DNA of 64,000 nucleotides, taken from Octopus sinensis. Its lineage: Eukaryota. Where the stretch lies: positions 127,596,001 to 127,660,000 of the forward strand of contig NC_042997.1 of NCBI RefSeq assembly GCF_006345805.1. The letters are read 5' to 3'. Below, in pieces: positions 11,554 through 24,473 of the stretch; position 1 is the stretch's first letter, and every line of letters starts with the position of its first letter. A program made the position numbers and the translations under genes. The notes under the pieces are model-generated. The model did not search any database. It was not told where the DNA came from and was given only the letters and a program-made list of their open reading frames with translations.

Positions 11554-11783
11554 ACGTGGTGTAATTATAGTCGGATGATAGTTGACCATGATGATAGCAA
11601 GCGGAAGGGAAAATAATCTCACTGTAGTCAAGCAAGACTTATATGTCCTGCTTATATATACCCTATGTAGGCTAAACAGTTATGGTGGTATATGGGGGTT
11701 ATCAGCCTATGGTTTGAAGTTCACAAAGGGGGTTTATCTTTGCTAAGGACAATAGAAACGACCAGTTTTTCCTGTTGATGGAT

Positions 11784-12009
11784 ACTCTCTTTTACTCTTT
11801 TACTTGTTTCAGTCATTTGACTGCGGCCATGCTGGAGCACCGCCTTTAGTCGAGGAAATCGACTCCAGGACTTATTCTTTGTAAGACTAGTACTTATTCT
11901 ATTGGTCTCTTTTGCCGAACCGCTAAGTTACGGGGACGTAAACACACCAGCATCGGTTGTCAAGCGATGTTGGGGGACAAACACAGACACACAAACATAT
12001 ACACACACT

Positions 12010-12057
<48 letters not shown>

Positions 12058-12218
12058 TACGGCAGGCTTCTTTTAATTTCCATCTACCAAATCCACTCAC
12101 AAGGCTTTGGTCGGCCCGAGGCTATAGTAGAAGACACTTGTCCAAAGTGCCACACAGTGGGACTGAACCCGGAACCATGTGGTTGGTAAGCAAGCTACTT
12201 ACCACACAGCCACTCCTA
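11784..12218 (-). mobile_element. SINE family C (aggagtggctgtgtggtaag head, CORE-like block, internal microsatellite, (aaaagagt)n tail)
   Basis: Full-length match to the most abundant SINE in the window. Confidence 0.9.
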
Positions 12219-12413
12219 CGCAGACAGCTGTAATATAATCAGCTTCTCAAGGAAGCAGAGCTTATAATTATGAGCTCTAGATAAGTGAGGAGATACTTTA
12301 TCTGATAATGCAGGAGTAGTTTTTTTGTTTCCAAACTTCCTAGAAGAAAAACAGTGAAGTGAAAGTTTGTTTTTTCTCCTTGTCTTTGAAAGACTGCATT
12401 TGTAATTTCAAAC

Positions 12414-12735
12414 TGGCGCTCTGTCGGTTACGACGACGAGGGTTCCAGTTGATCCGATCACTGAAACAGCCTGCTCGTAGAATTAACGTGGAAGTTGCTG
12501 AGTACTCCACAGACATGCGTACAATAAACATAGTTCTCAAGGACATTCAGCGTGACGCAGAAAGCGACAAGACTGGCACTTTGAAATACAAGTATCGCTC
12601 GTTTTTCTCAGTTGAATAGACTGGAGCAACGTAAAATAAAGTGTATTGCTCAAGGACACAACGAACCGCCCTGTATCGAGCACATGACGTTACGATCGCG
12701 AGTCAAATACTCTAACCTTTAGTCACAGGTTTTCA
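12414..12735 (-). mobile_element. SINE family B
   Basis: Reverse-complement match to 2511-2826. Confidence 0.8.
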
Positions 12736-13348
12736 CATGTATAGTATCAATAGTCCTTCGAAAAACATTAGCTGTTGTACACGAGTAATATCTCGTGATG
12801 CTATCGAATGGTGAAAGAGTGGTCTTCTAGACTACTACATTTGAGAAGCAGCATCTTTCAAATGAGCAGTTAGCAGGATTTCAGCATTAAACGGTTGCGG
12901 TGTGGGAGGAATACTGAGTGGGGTGCATGTCTGCTTCTGTTGTAGTGTACAATAATGAAAGCAATATCATCTAGGCATGAGTAGCTAATCTTGACATTAT
13001 TGGCAATTAAAAATTGAATATAGCTAGGGATTCTTAGGAACTGCTGTCTAATTAGCGTCAGAAATCTTGTGATTACATAAGGGGAAACAGCTAAACTTCA
13101 TGGAGTATTATACGAATAAAAATCATGCATACAGTCATACACACATACATACATGCATACATACAAATTTGGGTATGTATGTGTATACATACATACATAT
13201 ATATGTGTATATATATATATATATACATATATGCATATACATATATACATATGCATACATTTATATATATGCATACTTATACATATATATATATGCATAC
13301 ATATACATATATGTATATGTGTGTGTGTATGTATACATATATACATAC

Positions 13349-13387
<39 letters not shown>

Positions 13388-13406
13388 TATATATATATTT
13401 AAACAT

Positions 13407-13440
<34 letters not shown>

Positions 13441-13442
<2 letters not shown>

Positions 13443-14640
13443 GTTAATAAAATAGAACATATGCATATATATAAACATATATGTACGTACCTACCTCTAC
13501 ATGTACATATACACGCATATATGTGTACAGGACACCAAAAAGACGTCGAACACATAGAGAGACGAAACACATAGACACAAACCAAGGAACAAGACAAGCA
13601 AAAAAAAGAGAGAGATACAGGCCAATAAGCACAACGAAAAAACCCCTTCTTCAGTCGCTAAGATTTCATCTACTAAACGTTTCGAAGGATAAAAGCGAGA
13701 CGTATACTTCGAAGAAAAATTCCTTCCCGCGAAAAGCAAATCAATTAAAATTCTGAGATCTTTTCGCAGAGGGGTAAAAAAAAAACAAGACGGTAACGAC
13801 AGTACAAACATATAAACAGTAAAAAATATATATATAAACAGTGGAAAAATAAATATATAACAGTGAGAGACAGGACAAGGAGAACAAGATAAGAAGGGCT
13901 GTTAACGCCAGACGAAAAAAGTATTGCAAACGCTGGATTATCGTGGACGACGAGAGAGAGCAAATGTAGTCGACCAGTAGCCTTACAAGGCGGGCGAGAA
14001 AAGACAGGATAGCAGTTACGACGGAAGTATCGTCGCAGATGGACGACGGGAATGGGGGAGGAGGAGCAGGAGGAAGAGAGAGAAGAAGGGGAATGGTGCG
14101 AGGAGACCATGAAGAATGGTGAAAGGGAGAGAGAGAATGAAGAATGAGAGAGAGGGGAAGAGACAAGTTAAGTGAGGGAAAAAAGACGAAAAAGGGAATG
14201 GGAGAGAAAGAAAGAAAGATGCAGAGTCGCGTGAGAGTTAATATCAAGGCTAACTTGATAAACAGAACAATCTTACTTAATAGGGTGCGTGCGTTTAGTC
14301 GTATAATATGTTAATAAAATAGAACATATGCATATATATAAACATATATGTACGTACCTACCTCTACATGTACATATACACGCATATATGTGTACAGGAC
14401 ACCAAAAAGACGTCGAACACATAGAGAGACGAAACACATAGACACAACCCAAGGAACAAGACAAGCAAAAAAAAGAGAGAGATACAGGCCAATAAGCACA
14501 ACGAAAAAACCCCTTCTTCAGTCGCTAAGATTTCATCTACTAAACGTTTCGAAGGATAAAAGCGAGACGTATACTTCGAAGAAAAATTCCTTCCCGCGAA
14601 AAGCAAATCAATTAAAATTCTGAGATCTTTTCGCAGAGGG
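13441..14640 (-). mobile_element. Non-autonomous element bounded by two 333-bp direct repeats (13441-13773, 14308-14640), PLE pseudo-LTR / retrozyme-like
   Basis: One mismatch seen between the repeats, 867-nt period, non-coding CpG-rich middle, (TA)n on both flanks, HHR-core-like motifs on the minus strand of each repeat. Confidence 0.7.
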
Positions 14641-14689
14641 ATATATATATATATATATATATATTGCATTGTATGTATACATATATACA

Positions 14690-14854
14690 TTTCCTTTTTT
14701 CTCTCTCCTTGTATTTTCTGTGTCCCTTTCTGTAGAAAAGCGTAGGCTCGAAGCGTAAAAGACATTTTCTATTCCTGAGAGTTATACTAATACATCTGCT
14801 TGTTTTGTACACCACCTGTCTTCGTCTTTTGTTTTTTTCGCAAACTCTCCCTAC

Positions 14855-14860
<6 letters not shown>
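14690..14860 (+). mobile_element. PLE-type terminal repeat fragment with a decayed minimal hammerhead-like motif (14726-14761)
   Basis: cttt-CTGTAGA-a-aagc gtag gctc-GAAGCGTA-aaag; homologous to 46850-46990 on the minus strand. Confidence 0.65.
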
Positions 14861-14918
<58 letters not shown>

Positions 14919-14924
14919 TAATAA

Positions 14925-15290
14925 ATAAAATATATGCATACATACAAACATATATGTACGTACCGACATCTACATGTATATATACATGCATATATAAATA
15001 TATATACGTACAGGACACCACAAGAAGACGTAAAAATCAACAGAAACGAAAACGGAAAAACCATTTTGTTACAACAGAAGGACAGAGACGTGGAACAAGA
15101 CGAAAACGAAAACGGGAAAAACAATTATGTACAGCAGAAAAACGAAGTACAGGACATGCTGCACAAGGAAAATCCCTTCATCAGCTGTCGCTAGCAGACA
15201 TAGCGTGTTTCGAAGGCAAGACAGGACACGTCTGGCATGCTAGGCCTTCCTACGAGAGAATTAAAATAAAATAACCTCGTAGAGGGGTAA
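14925..15290 (-). mobile_element. Diverged third relative of the 333-bp repeat
   Basis: Shares gtacgtacc...caggacacca, ccttcGAAAC...tagcga...CTGATGAaggg and the cccctct-hairpin end. Confidence 0.7.
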
Positions 15291-15678
15291 AACGAGCAAG
15301 AAAAAATGTAACACAAAAAGGGACTTAACAAAGACCTGCACAAAAATATACAAGAAAAAATACAAAATTAAAGATACATGTACAAGAAAATACAAAACGA
15401 GAATTAAATTACAATACGAGAAATCAAAATAAACAAGAGAACAAACGAAAAAGACGAACGAAGGCCTTTGTTCTGGCGGGGACGAGAAGGTAACTGGCGA
15501 GCGCTGGGAAACATGACCTTAGGGCCTGAATGCAACAGGCGAAAGGATTAGCAGTGACGAAAGTGAGGAGGAGTGGGAGAGAGAGAGAGAGAGACAGATA
15601 GAGGAAGACACGCGGATAGAGAGAAGGGTGAGGCAGAGAGAGAAAGAGAGAGAGGAAGGCAAAGCAAAGGATATATAC

Positions 15679-15735
<57 letters not shown>

Positions 15736-15832
15736 TTCGGGATGGGCATTTTTTTGCCAAATATTTGACGAAAAATCTGACTATTCCGAAATACAATATC
15801 TGTTTCAACACACAATTTCACGATACACACAC

Positions 15833-15926
<94 letters not shown>

Positions 15927-16458
15927 GTATATATATTATCGTTTTCATGTGTGTTCTTGCTTCACTTATTCCATTCTGTTCTTCTACTGCTGTTCTGTGA
16001 CCCGAAAAAGAAATGCTACAGTTCTTGTATTCCTCTGTGTATGTGTGTTCGCCCACGGGGTTGCCATTGTGGTAGTTGGTGTTGTTATTATCATCATTGG
16101 CACCACCGCTGCCGCTGACCGTGTTAGTTGTATTATTGACATCGTTATGGCCGTCCATGAAGTTTCATGTGTGTTTCTGTTTGTATATGGATTCGCTCCG
16201 TATGTATCTATACCCTTTATATAGTTTTATTTATTTACATTATCTATCCCTGTCTTACATTTATCACAGATATGTGGCAGATATATTTATATGCTTATTT
16301 ATTTATCTATTTATATATTTATTTACTTATTTATTTTATACATATATCTCTATTTCTCATAAATATCACAGGTAGGTGCATGTGTGTATTACCCTATATG
16401 TTTCTGTGAATTATTTACGGTTTTTCCCCTTTCCCCTCTCTTCTCATCCCTACTGTCT

Positions 16459-17728
<1,270 letters not shown>

Positions 17729-17730
17729 GA

Positions 17731-17768
<38 letters not shown>

Positions 17769-17789
17769 TATATATATATATATATATTC

Positions 17790-18190
17790 TTTTATTCTTT
17801 TATTTATTTCAAGCATTTGACTGTGGCCATGCTGGAGTAGCACTTTTAATCGAACAAATTGAGTTCAGTACTTATTTTTGTAAGCTTAGTACTTATTCTG
17901 TTGGTTACTTTTGCCAAACTGCTAAGTTACGGGGATGTAAACACACCAACATCGGTTATCAAGCAATGGAGAAGTGATGTATATATTTGTGTGTATGTAT
18001 ACGTTTGTACCCCCTCCATTGCTTGACAACCGATGTTGATGTGTTTACATCATATATATATGTTGATCTTCTTTCAGTTTCCATTTACCAAAGGCTATAG
18101 CAGAAGATACTTACCCAAGGTGTTACGGAGTGGGATTGAACCCAGAACCAAGTGTTTGTGAAGCAACCTTCTTACCATAGCCACACCTGC
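17790..18190 (-). mobile_element. SINE family C, diverged and internally deleted
   Basis: catttgactgtggccatgctggag...gggattgaacccagaacc...ccatagccacacctgc. Confidence 0.75.
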
Positions 18191-18414
18191 ACCTACATAT
18201 AAATATATATATATATTAACGTGTATTATATACATTTTTATTGATGTGTATTTTTAATGTATATTTTAATATAGAACCTTTTAGCACTATATTAATAATA
18301 AAGTCGTTTGAATGTGCAGAAATTTTTAGTACAACGTTAATAATAATATATTTAAATCTATATAATATCTTTCAGTATTAATTGAATTAACTTATGGAGG
18401 TTCTATCTCTTAAT

Positions 18415-18467
<53 letters not shown>

Positions 18468-19133
18468 TTATATGAATATATACATATATATACCTATATA
18501 TATATATATATATATATATACTTATATGAATATATACATATATATACCTATATATATATATATATATACATATATATATGCATATATATATATAAATGCA
18601 TATATATGTGCATGTATATATGTATGTATCTATGTATGTATGCATGCATGTATGTCTGCCTGTCTGTCTGTATGTATGTATGTATGTATGTGTTTCAGCT
18701 CGACCATAATTAATCTATCACTGCAAATGTATGCTTATAACAGGTTTGCTAGCAGGTGACTACTTAACTCTGATTCTGTTTTAAAATTTTTATGGCAAAT
18801 GTAGAACGTGAATTTGTCAAGAATCACACCAACAGCACCTCCATCCTTGTCTATTTATCCAAAACAGATTTTCAAGTTGACAGTAAATGAGTTCACTGTT
18901 GGAGCAGCAGTATTCTGGTGAGGCTATTGCAGTGGTTGTCATTTAAGCAGCCATTGTTAGACAGCACTGACAAGATTTTCTTTGAATTCTCTGTCATGTA
19001 TATAACTTCAAGTCATTATATTCATTGTTTGGTGGAAAAGTCTATTTTTGTCAAACTGCAGACTGTTCTTCATATTTATTGACCACCATTCTCTTCTTTT
19101 TGGTGCAAGATGTTTTGAAGTAAAAGGGATGTA

Positions 19134-19483
19134 CAAAGGGAGTGCTGAAAAGTTCCTGCTTTTAAGGGTATCGTAAAACGCCAGGCTGGAGGTCCAAATT
19201 TCAGAGTACTTTTACAGGGCTTCGAAAAACTGAAGGACCACTACAATAAATATGTGAATCTAAGAGGGAAATATTCTTTTTTCCTTTTTTTTTATTCTTT
19301 TATTTGTTTCAGTCATTTGACTGCAGCCATGCTGGAGCATCGCCTATAGTCGAGCAAATCGAACCCAGGACTTATTCTATCAGCCTCTCTTGCTGAATCA
19401 CTAAGTGACAGGAACATAAACACACCAGCATCTTTTGTCAAGCAATGTTGGGATGACAAACACAGACACACAAACATATACAT

Positions 19484-19519
<36 letters not shown>

Positions 19520-19768
19520 TTATTTATATATACGATGGGATTCTTTCAGTTTCCATCTTCCAAATCCACTCACAAGGCTTTGGTCGGTCTGAGGTTATAG
19601 TAGAAAACACATGCCCAAGGTGTCATGCAGTGGGACTGAACCCGGAACCATGTGGTTGGCAAGCAAGCTACTTTCCACACAGCCACTCCTGTTGAATAAA
19701 ATCATAATTAACTGATCCGCCTGTATTTTCTTTTACCAAAAGTCAGGATCTTTTCGACACCCTCTTGA
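19134..19768 (-). mobile_element. Mariner-derived MITE interrupted by a family C SINE (about 19285-19690)
   Basis: Two halves join into the reverse complement of the uninterrupted copy at 24250-24473; remnant GFEKLKDHYNKYVNLRGKY resembles a mariner transposase C-terminus. Confidence 0.8.
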
Positions 19769-19849
19769 ACAAGGACTTACAGTTGTTTATTTATCATGTT
19801 ACCACTTTTTTTTTATGATGGAACCCGATTTTTAGTTTGTGCTAAAGAC

Positions 19850-20620
19850 ATTTACTGAGAATTCTTCATAAAGCTTTGGAAGCATTAAATCATCATACTG
19901 GAAGATGGATGGCATTTCTTCCACCTACATAGTTTTCCTTTATAGAAATTAATATTTTTCATATTGAGATAGACAAAATGTATACAAATGATTTTATATG
20001 TCTCAATTACATTGGCCTATTTTTGGATCCTTTCTGCTCTTGTGAACACAGTTCTTCTTTCATCAGAAAGTTATACAATGCATCTTCTATGAGGCTTATT
20101 AGCAATTTCCAAAGCAATGGTAAGCATATAATACACCTATGATTATTACCCTCCTTCTCTTTTCTTTATCCTTCTGTGTTAGCACTGTCTTTCCTTTAGT
20201 CAGCTATGTTAGCATTCCCTATACAGTCAGTAAGAAATAGTTATATACAGCTGTGCATGTTTGTGAGATTTCTAAGCAAGAATACTCCTGAACACCAGTG
20301 AATGCAGAAGTTTCCAGTTTGTTATCTTTTTAAGCATCTTTTCCACTTTCTCATCTTTAATATTCTTATTCTCTTGCCTTGCATTATTCTCAATTTCACT
20401 TTTAAATTCCTGTAACCAGCCATCTCTATTGTTGCATTGAAACTCCTTGCTCCAAATATTAGGCCAAAAGTTTCTTACTGCTTCAGTATTTGCTATGTCA
20501 GCCTCCTTATGCTCATTGTTCAGCTCTTCGTAGAATTTTGTCTCATTCTTTGTGAAGAGCCAGTACTTCCTTTACTGATTGATTAGTATCTAGTTTTTAC
20601 CTGACTTTGCTTTAATATTT
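19850..20620 (-). mobile_element. Decayed R4/Dong-like non-LTR retrotransposon RT fragment
   Basis: LTKGKTVLTQKDKEKEKEGNNHRCIICLPLLWKLLISLIEDALYNFLMKEELCSQEQKG matches the GRTVLIQKD...NYRPITCLP..WKLL...EQKG motif of R4-type RTs. Confidence 0.75.
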
Positions 20621-20739
20621 TTCTTTTATTGTTATTTTTTTATAATTTGTTATTTGAACTTTGTGGTGCCAGAGTAGATAGATTACATTGACAGCAAGAA
20701 AACAACTGATTTAACAACATATTGGAAAGACTGTGCTGG

Positions 20740-21490
20740 TATGGTCATGGGGCGAGAATGGATGAGGATAGCTGTGTGAAAAAGTGCCACACCCTAGCAG
20801 TTGAGGGAACCTGTGGAAGAGGTAGAACCAGGAAGACCTGGGATGAGGTGGTGAAGCACGACCTTTGAACCTTAGGCCTCACTGAGGCAATGACTAGTGA
20901 CTGAGACCTTTGTAAATACGCTGTGCTTGAGAAGACCTGGCAATCCAAGTGATACCATAACCCATGGCCTATGCCAGGGGTGTAACCAGCCTACTTATGC
21001 ATACCTTTCCTTCATTGGACACTAAATTCTGCTTGCGAAGACCTGCTGAGATAAGTGAAATCGAAATCAAAATCAAATTCAATGACTGGCGTCTGTACTA
21101 GTGGAGTGCTAAGAGCACCATCCAAGCATAATCATTACCAGAGCAGCTGACTGGCTTCCATTCTGGTGGCACATAAAAAGCACCATTCGAGCATGATCGT
21201 TACCAGTGTTGCCTTACTGGCACGTGAAAAAATATTCGAGTGAGGTCATTGCCAGTGCTGCTTGACTGGCTCCTGTGCAGGTGGCACATAAAAAACATCA
21301 TTTGAGTGTGGCTATTGCCAGTACCGCCTAAGCACCCACTACACTCACGGAGTGGTTGGTGTTAGGAAGGGTATCCAACTGTAGAAACTCTGCCAGATCA
21401 GAGTGGAGCCTGGTGAAGCCATCTGGTTCGCCAGTCCTCAGTCAAATTGTCCAACCCATGCCAGCATCGAAAGCGGATGTTAAACGATGA
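20740..21490 (+). mobile_element. RTE-clade LINE 3' end with subunit-repeat 3' UTR
   Basis: RMDEDSCVKKCHTLAVEGTCGRGRTRKTWDEVVKHDL; tail ...acccatgccagcatcgaaagcggatgttaaacgatga. Confidence 0.85.
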
Positions 21491-21669
21491 AGAAATAATG
21501 AAAGAAAATAATGAAAGAAAAAACATTTAAAAGTCGAAAAAGTCAAATTGTAGAGAAAAAACCCATAATTACCTCACCAAGGAAACAAAAACAGAGGGAT
21601 TAAGTAGCAGAAGATGGGAGTGAGGGAGAAACTGATTATACACCCCAGAATAAATGGTGTGTTTAGCCA

Positions 21670-22150
21670 TGCCTCGTAGACATGACCGCAAAGGTGTTGC
21701 CACAGAGAATGGCTGGTAACACATGCTGCTACAGCTATCCTACCTCACAGGGCTCATTTCTCAGACAGGCCACATTTATTCTGATTTTGCAGAAGAAATC
21801 AGCAGCATGGGATCCAAGAACGGCTGAGGCCACAAATGGTGACTGCGCATATTGATAGCAGTTTTTTCTCCTATGCATTATGGATGGCGATATCCAAGTT
21901 TGTGGTTGATACAGCAATGTTGGAACCGGAGAATGTGTCACAGCTCATTGAAACCCAGATTAGGGATCTGCCTCCCTCGTATGGGAAGAGGTATGGCACC
22001 CATCCCCGCAGCAAATACTTACTGGCTTCAGGTGTGACAGGAAGCTAGCTGTATCGAGGTCCAATGTAATTATGTCATTCAGGGCAGTGTGTCGAGAGAG
22101 ACAGCCCATGCTATGGTTGCAGAATGCTCTTTCTATTTTTAATTGAGCAC
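21670..22150 (-). mobile_element. Decayed CRE/R2-superfamily non-LTR element, C-terminal restriction-like endonuclease region
   Basis: SRHTALNDII..LDTASFLSHLKPVSICCGDG..LFPYEGGRSLIWVSMSCDTFS..EKK..SAVLGSHAADFFCKI..ILCGN follows the RHAALNDII..EP..DGKRPDG..W..GR.LVWD.T..DT..K..KY..GN consensus. Confidence 0.75.
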
Positions 22151-24249
22151 GCTTCAAAATCTCTTATACCTCATTGCGATATTTCTGTCTTAAGGAATAG
22201 CTGGTTATGAAGCATTCTCTCTTTCTTTTCAATTATTTGTAATTATATCTGGCATCAGTGAGAATTGTTCTATCCTGATGTCAAAACCTTGAGGATTTAC
22301 TAAATTCATTAGTTTTCTCCTCCATGATTATTTCACATATCTGATGTGTTGTATCTCTGTCACAACAAATAAATCATTACCATTAATATCTTTGATGGTG
22401 AGAGGTTTGACAAAAATACTAATGTCACAATACATAAATATCTTATACTTTATAGCTATCTCCTCTTGTTTTTTCACTCTAAATAATCTGCCATCGTCAA
22501 GCATGTTTTTCATCACTCTGGATCAATAAAATAAGTACAAAGCTTAATTTTATCCATTTAGCTTCTTACCTAGATATGATACCTGTGGCGGTATCTTCTT
22601 GCCCAGATATGATGCCTGGTAAAAAAAAAACCTAATTGTTATGGATTTAAATAACATTAATGTTGAATACTGTATAATATATCTTTATATCCCACTTATT
22701 GTGGATGTTTTGTTAGAACACCAAATACAGCAGTATTCACCTTGGGAGGTCTTCTTATATAGGCATAGGGTGCATAAAAGCATGGACATATATCATAGTA
22801 GATGAGAATCCTTCTGTTATGGGAGCCAGAACTGCCAGATCATGTGATTTCAGTCTACTGAATTTCCTCAGTGGCAAGTATCTGGTGACCATATACCAAC
22901 CAAATGTCACTGCCATAATATATAGGATTCCAGTGTCTTTTCAATCACTGACATTGCAAATAACCAGCAGGCTTATTTTAAAAAACAATCATTAGTGATA
23001 GAATCAGTATTATTATCAAAAGGCAGTCCTCTGTAGTATTAGCCTTGAGTGCTCCTCTCATATAAATGCAGTTGTTGGAATGTAATATGTCATTTTGAGA
23101 GCATACTATTAGCTATAATTAGGTTTTTCATGGTTGCAGCAATATTAAGGTGTGGCCTATTAAATGCCTTATGTTCAGGTCTTTTTGGCAAAGACTACAA
23201 ATCTGCTTGCTGTAGTTTACTAGATTGATGCACCTAAGCAAGAACTTTCTCTTTTTGTTTAACATAACAAAAGAATGGGTCAATGAGAAAGAGAGAAATA
23301 CTGACTCTGCTTTTCCTCCACCTACAAGGAATACCAGTCAGTTTTCTCTCAAACTGCGTGCTGTTATCTTGAAACACATAAAGGCAGTGATCTAGTAGGA
23401 ATCCTCAAAGCGTTGGACAAAGTGCTCATCAACATTTCTTCTAGCACTTTACATTTGAAGCTCAAATTCCATCCTCTCAGGGCTTGATAAGATAAAGTAA
23501 CAGTTGAACAATGGTGTCAATGTAATCGTCTAATACCTACCCTCAAAACTGCTGGCTTGGTGTCAAAATTAGAAAGGATTAGAAACCATTATCTTGGAAC
23601 ACATTGTATACTGGGTGATTACAAATTACAAGTGTCTATTAAGGAATGCAGCATCATCATCATTACCATCATCATAGCCAAATGCAACACTTCATCCCTT
23701 TTCCAACTTGTTCATCATCATCATCATCATCATTCAATGTCAATGTTTCATCTCGGCATGAATAGTTTGCCAGGATCTGATGTCTCCAATGACTGCATCA
23801 GACTTCTATGTCTGCTTTGGCATTGTATTTTATGACTGGATGCCCTTCCTAATGCCAACCACTTTACAGAGTGTACTAAATGCTATTTTCATGCCACCTG
23901 CACTATTGAGATTGCCATGCAATTTTCAGGACTATGACCCCTAGGAGAGGTGGGATGGAGGTCAGTTTCTTGCTAAGGGATGAGAAGATTACTATGAGAG
24001 AGTCGGACAGAGCAGGTTCTGGCAGAAAGATCTGCTTGTGGTGGGGTGGGAGGAAAAGAGAAAATGGTCAGTAGGAGCTGCAAGACGTAAATAATGGCAA
24101 TAAGGTGTCCAGGTGGCCCCTTATGACACAAGCTGAATTGAAGTGTGTGGTTGGTGGCTGCAAGATTATATGGGATGGTGATTAAGGGGTGGAAATACAG
24201 ACTACCAAAATGGGTAGGGCTGAAAGGTGAATGAGACAAAAGTCATTAT

Positions 24250-24473
24250 TACGGTAGGGGGCAGCTGAAAATTTCCTGGCTTGGGATAAAAGAAAATACA
24301 GGAGGATCAGTTAATTATGATTTTACTCAACATATTCCCCTCTCAAATTCACACACATAATGCAGCAGTCCTTCAGTTTTTCTAAGCCTTGTAAAAGAAC
24401 TCGGAAGTTTGGGCCTCCAACCAGGCCTTTCATGACACCCTTAAATCAGGAACTTTTTCAGCACCCCCTCATA
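24250..24473 (+). mobile_element. Mariner-derived MITE, uninterrupted
   Basis: Imperfect TIRs agggggcagctgaaaatttcctg / caggaactttttcagcaccccct. Confidence 0.75.

Noticed and set aside
18868-18917. 50-nt plus-strand exon candidate (IFKLTVNEFTVGAAVF)
   Set aside because: Splice sites are fair, but no recognisable homology or credible in-phase partner; too short to support
20052-20119. Plus-strand exon-like segment with gtaagc donor
   Set aside because: Antisense of the R4-like RT motif WKLL...EQKG
21793-21990. Convincing-looking 198-nt open plus-strand exon (ttttgcag ... AG|gtatgg)
   Set aside because: It is the antisense of the CRE-like endonuclease relic, whose motifs explain the sequence
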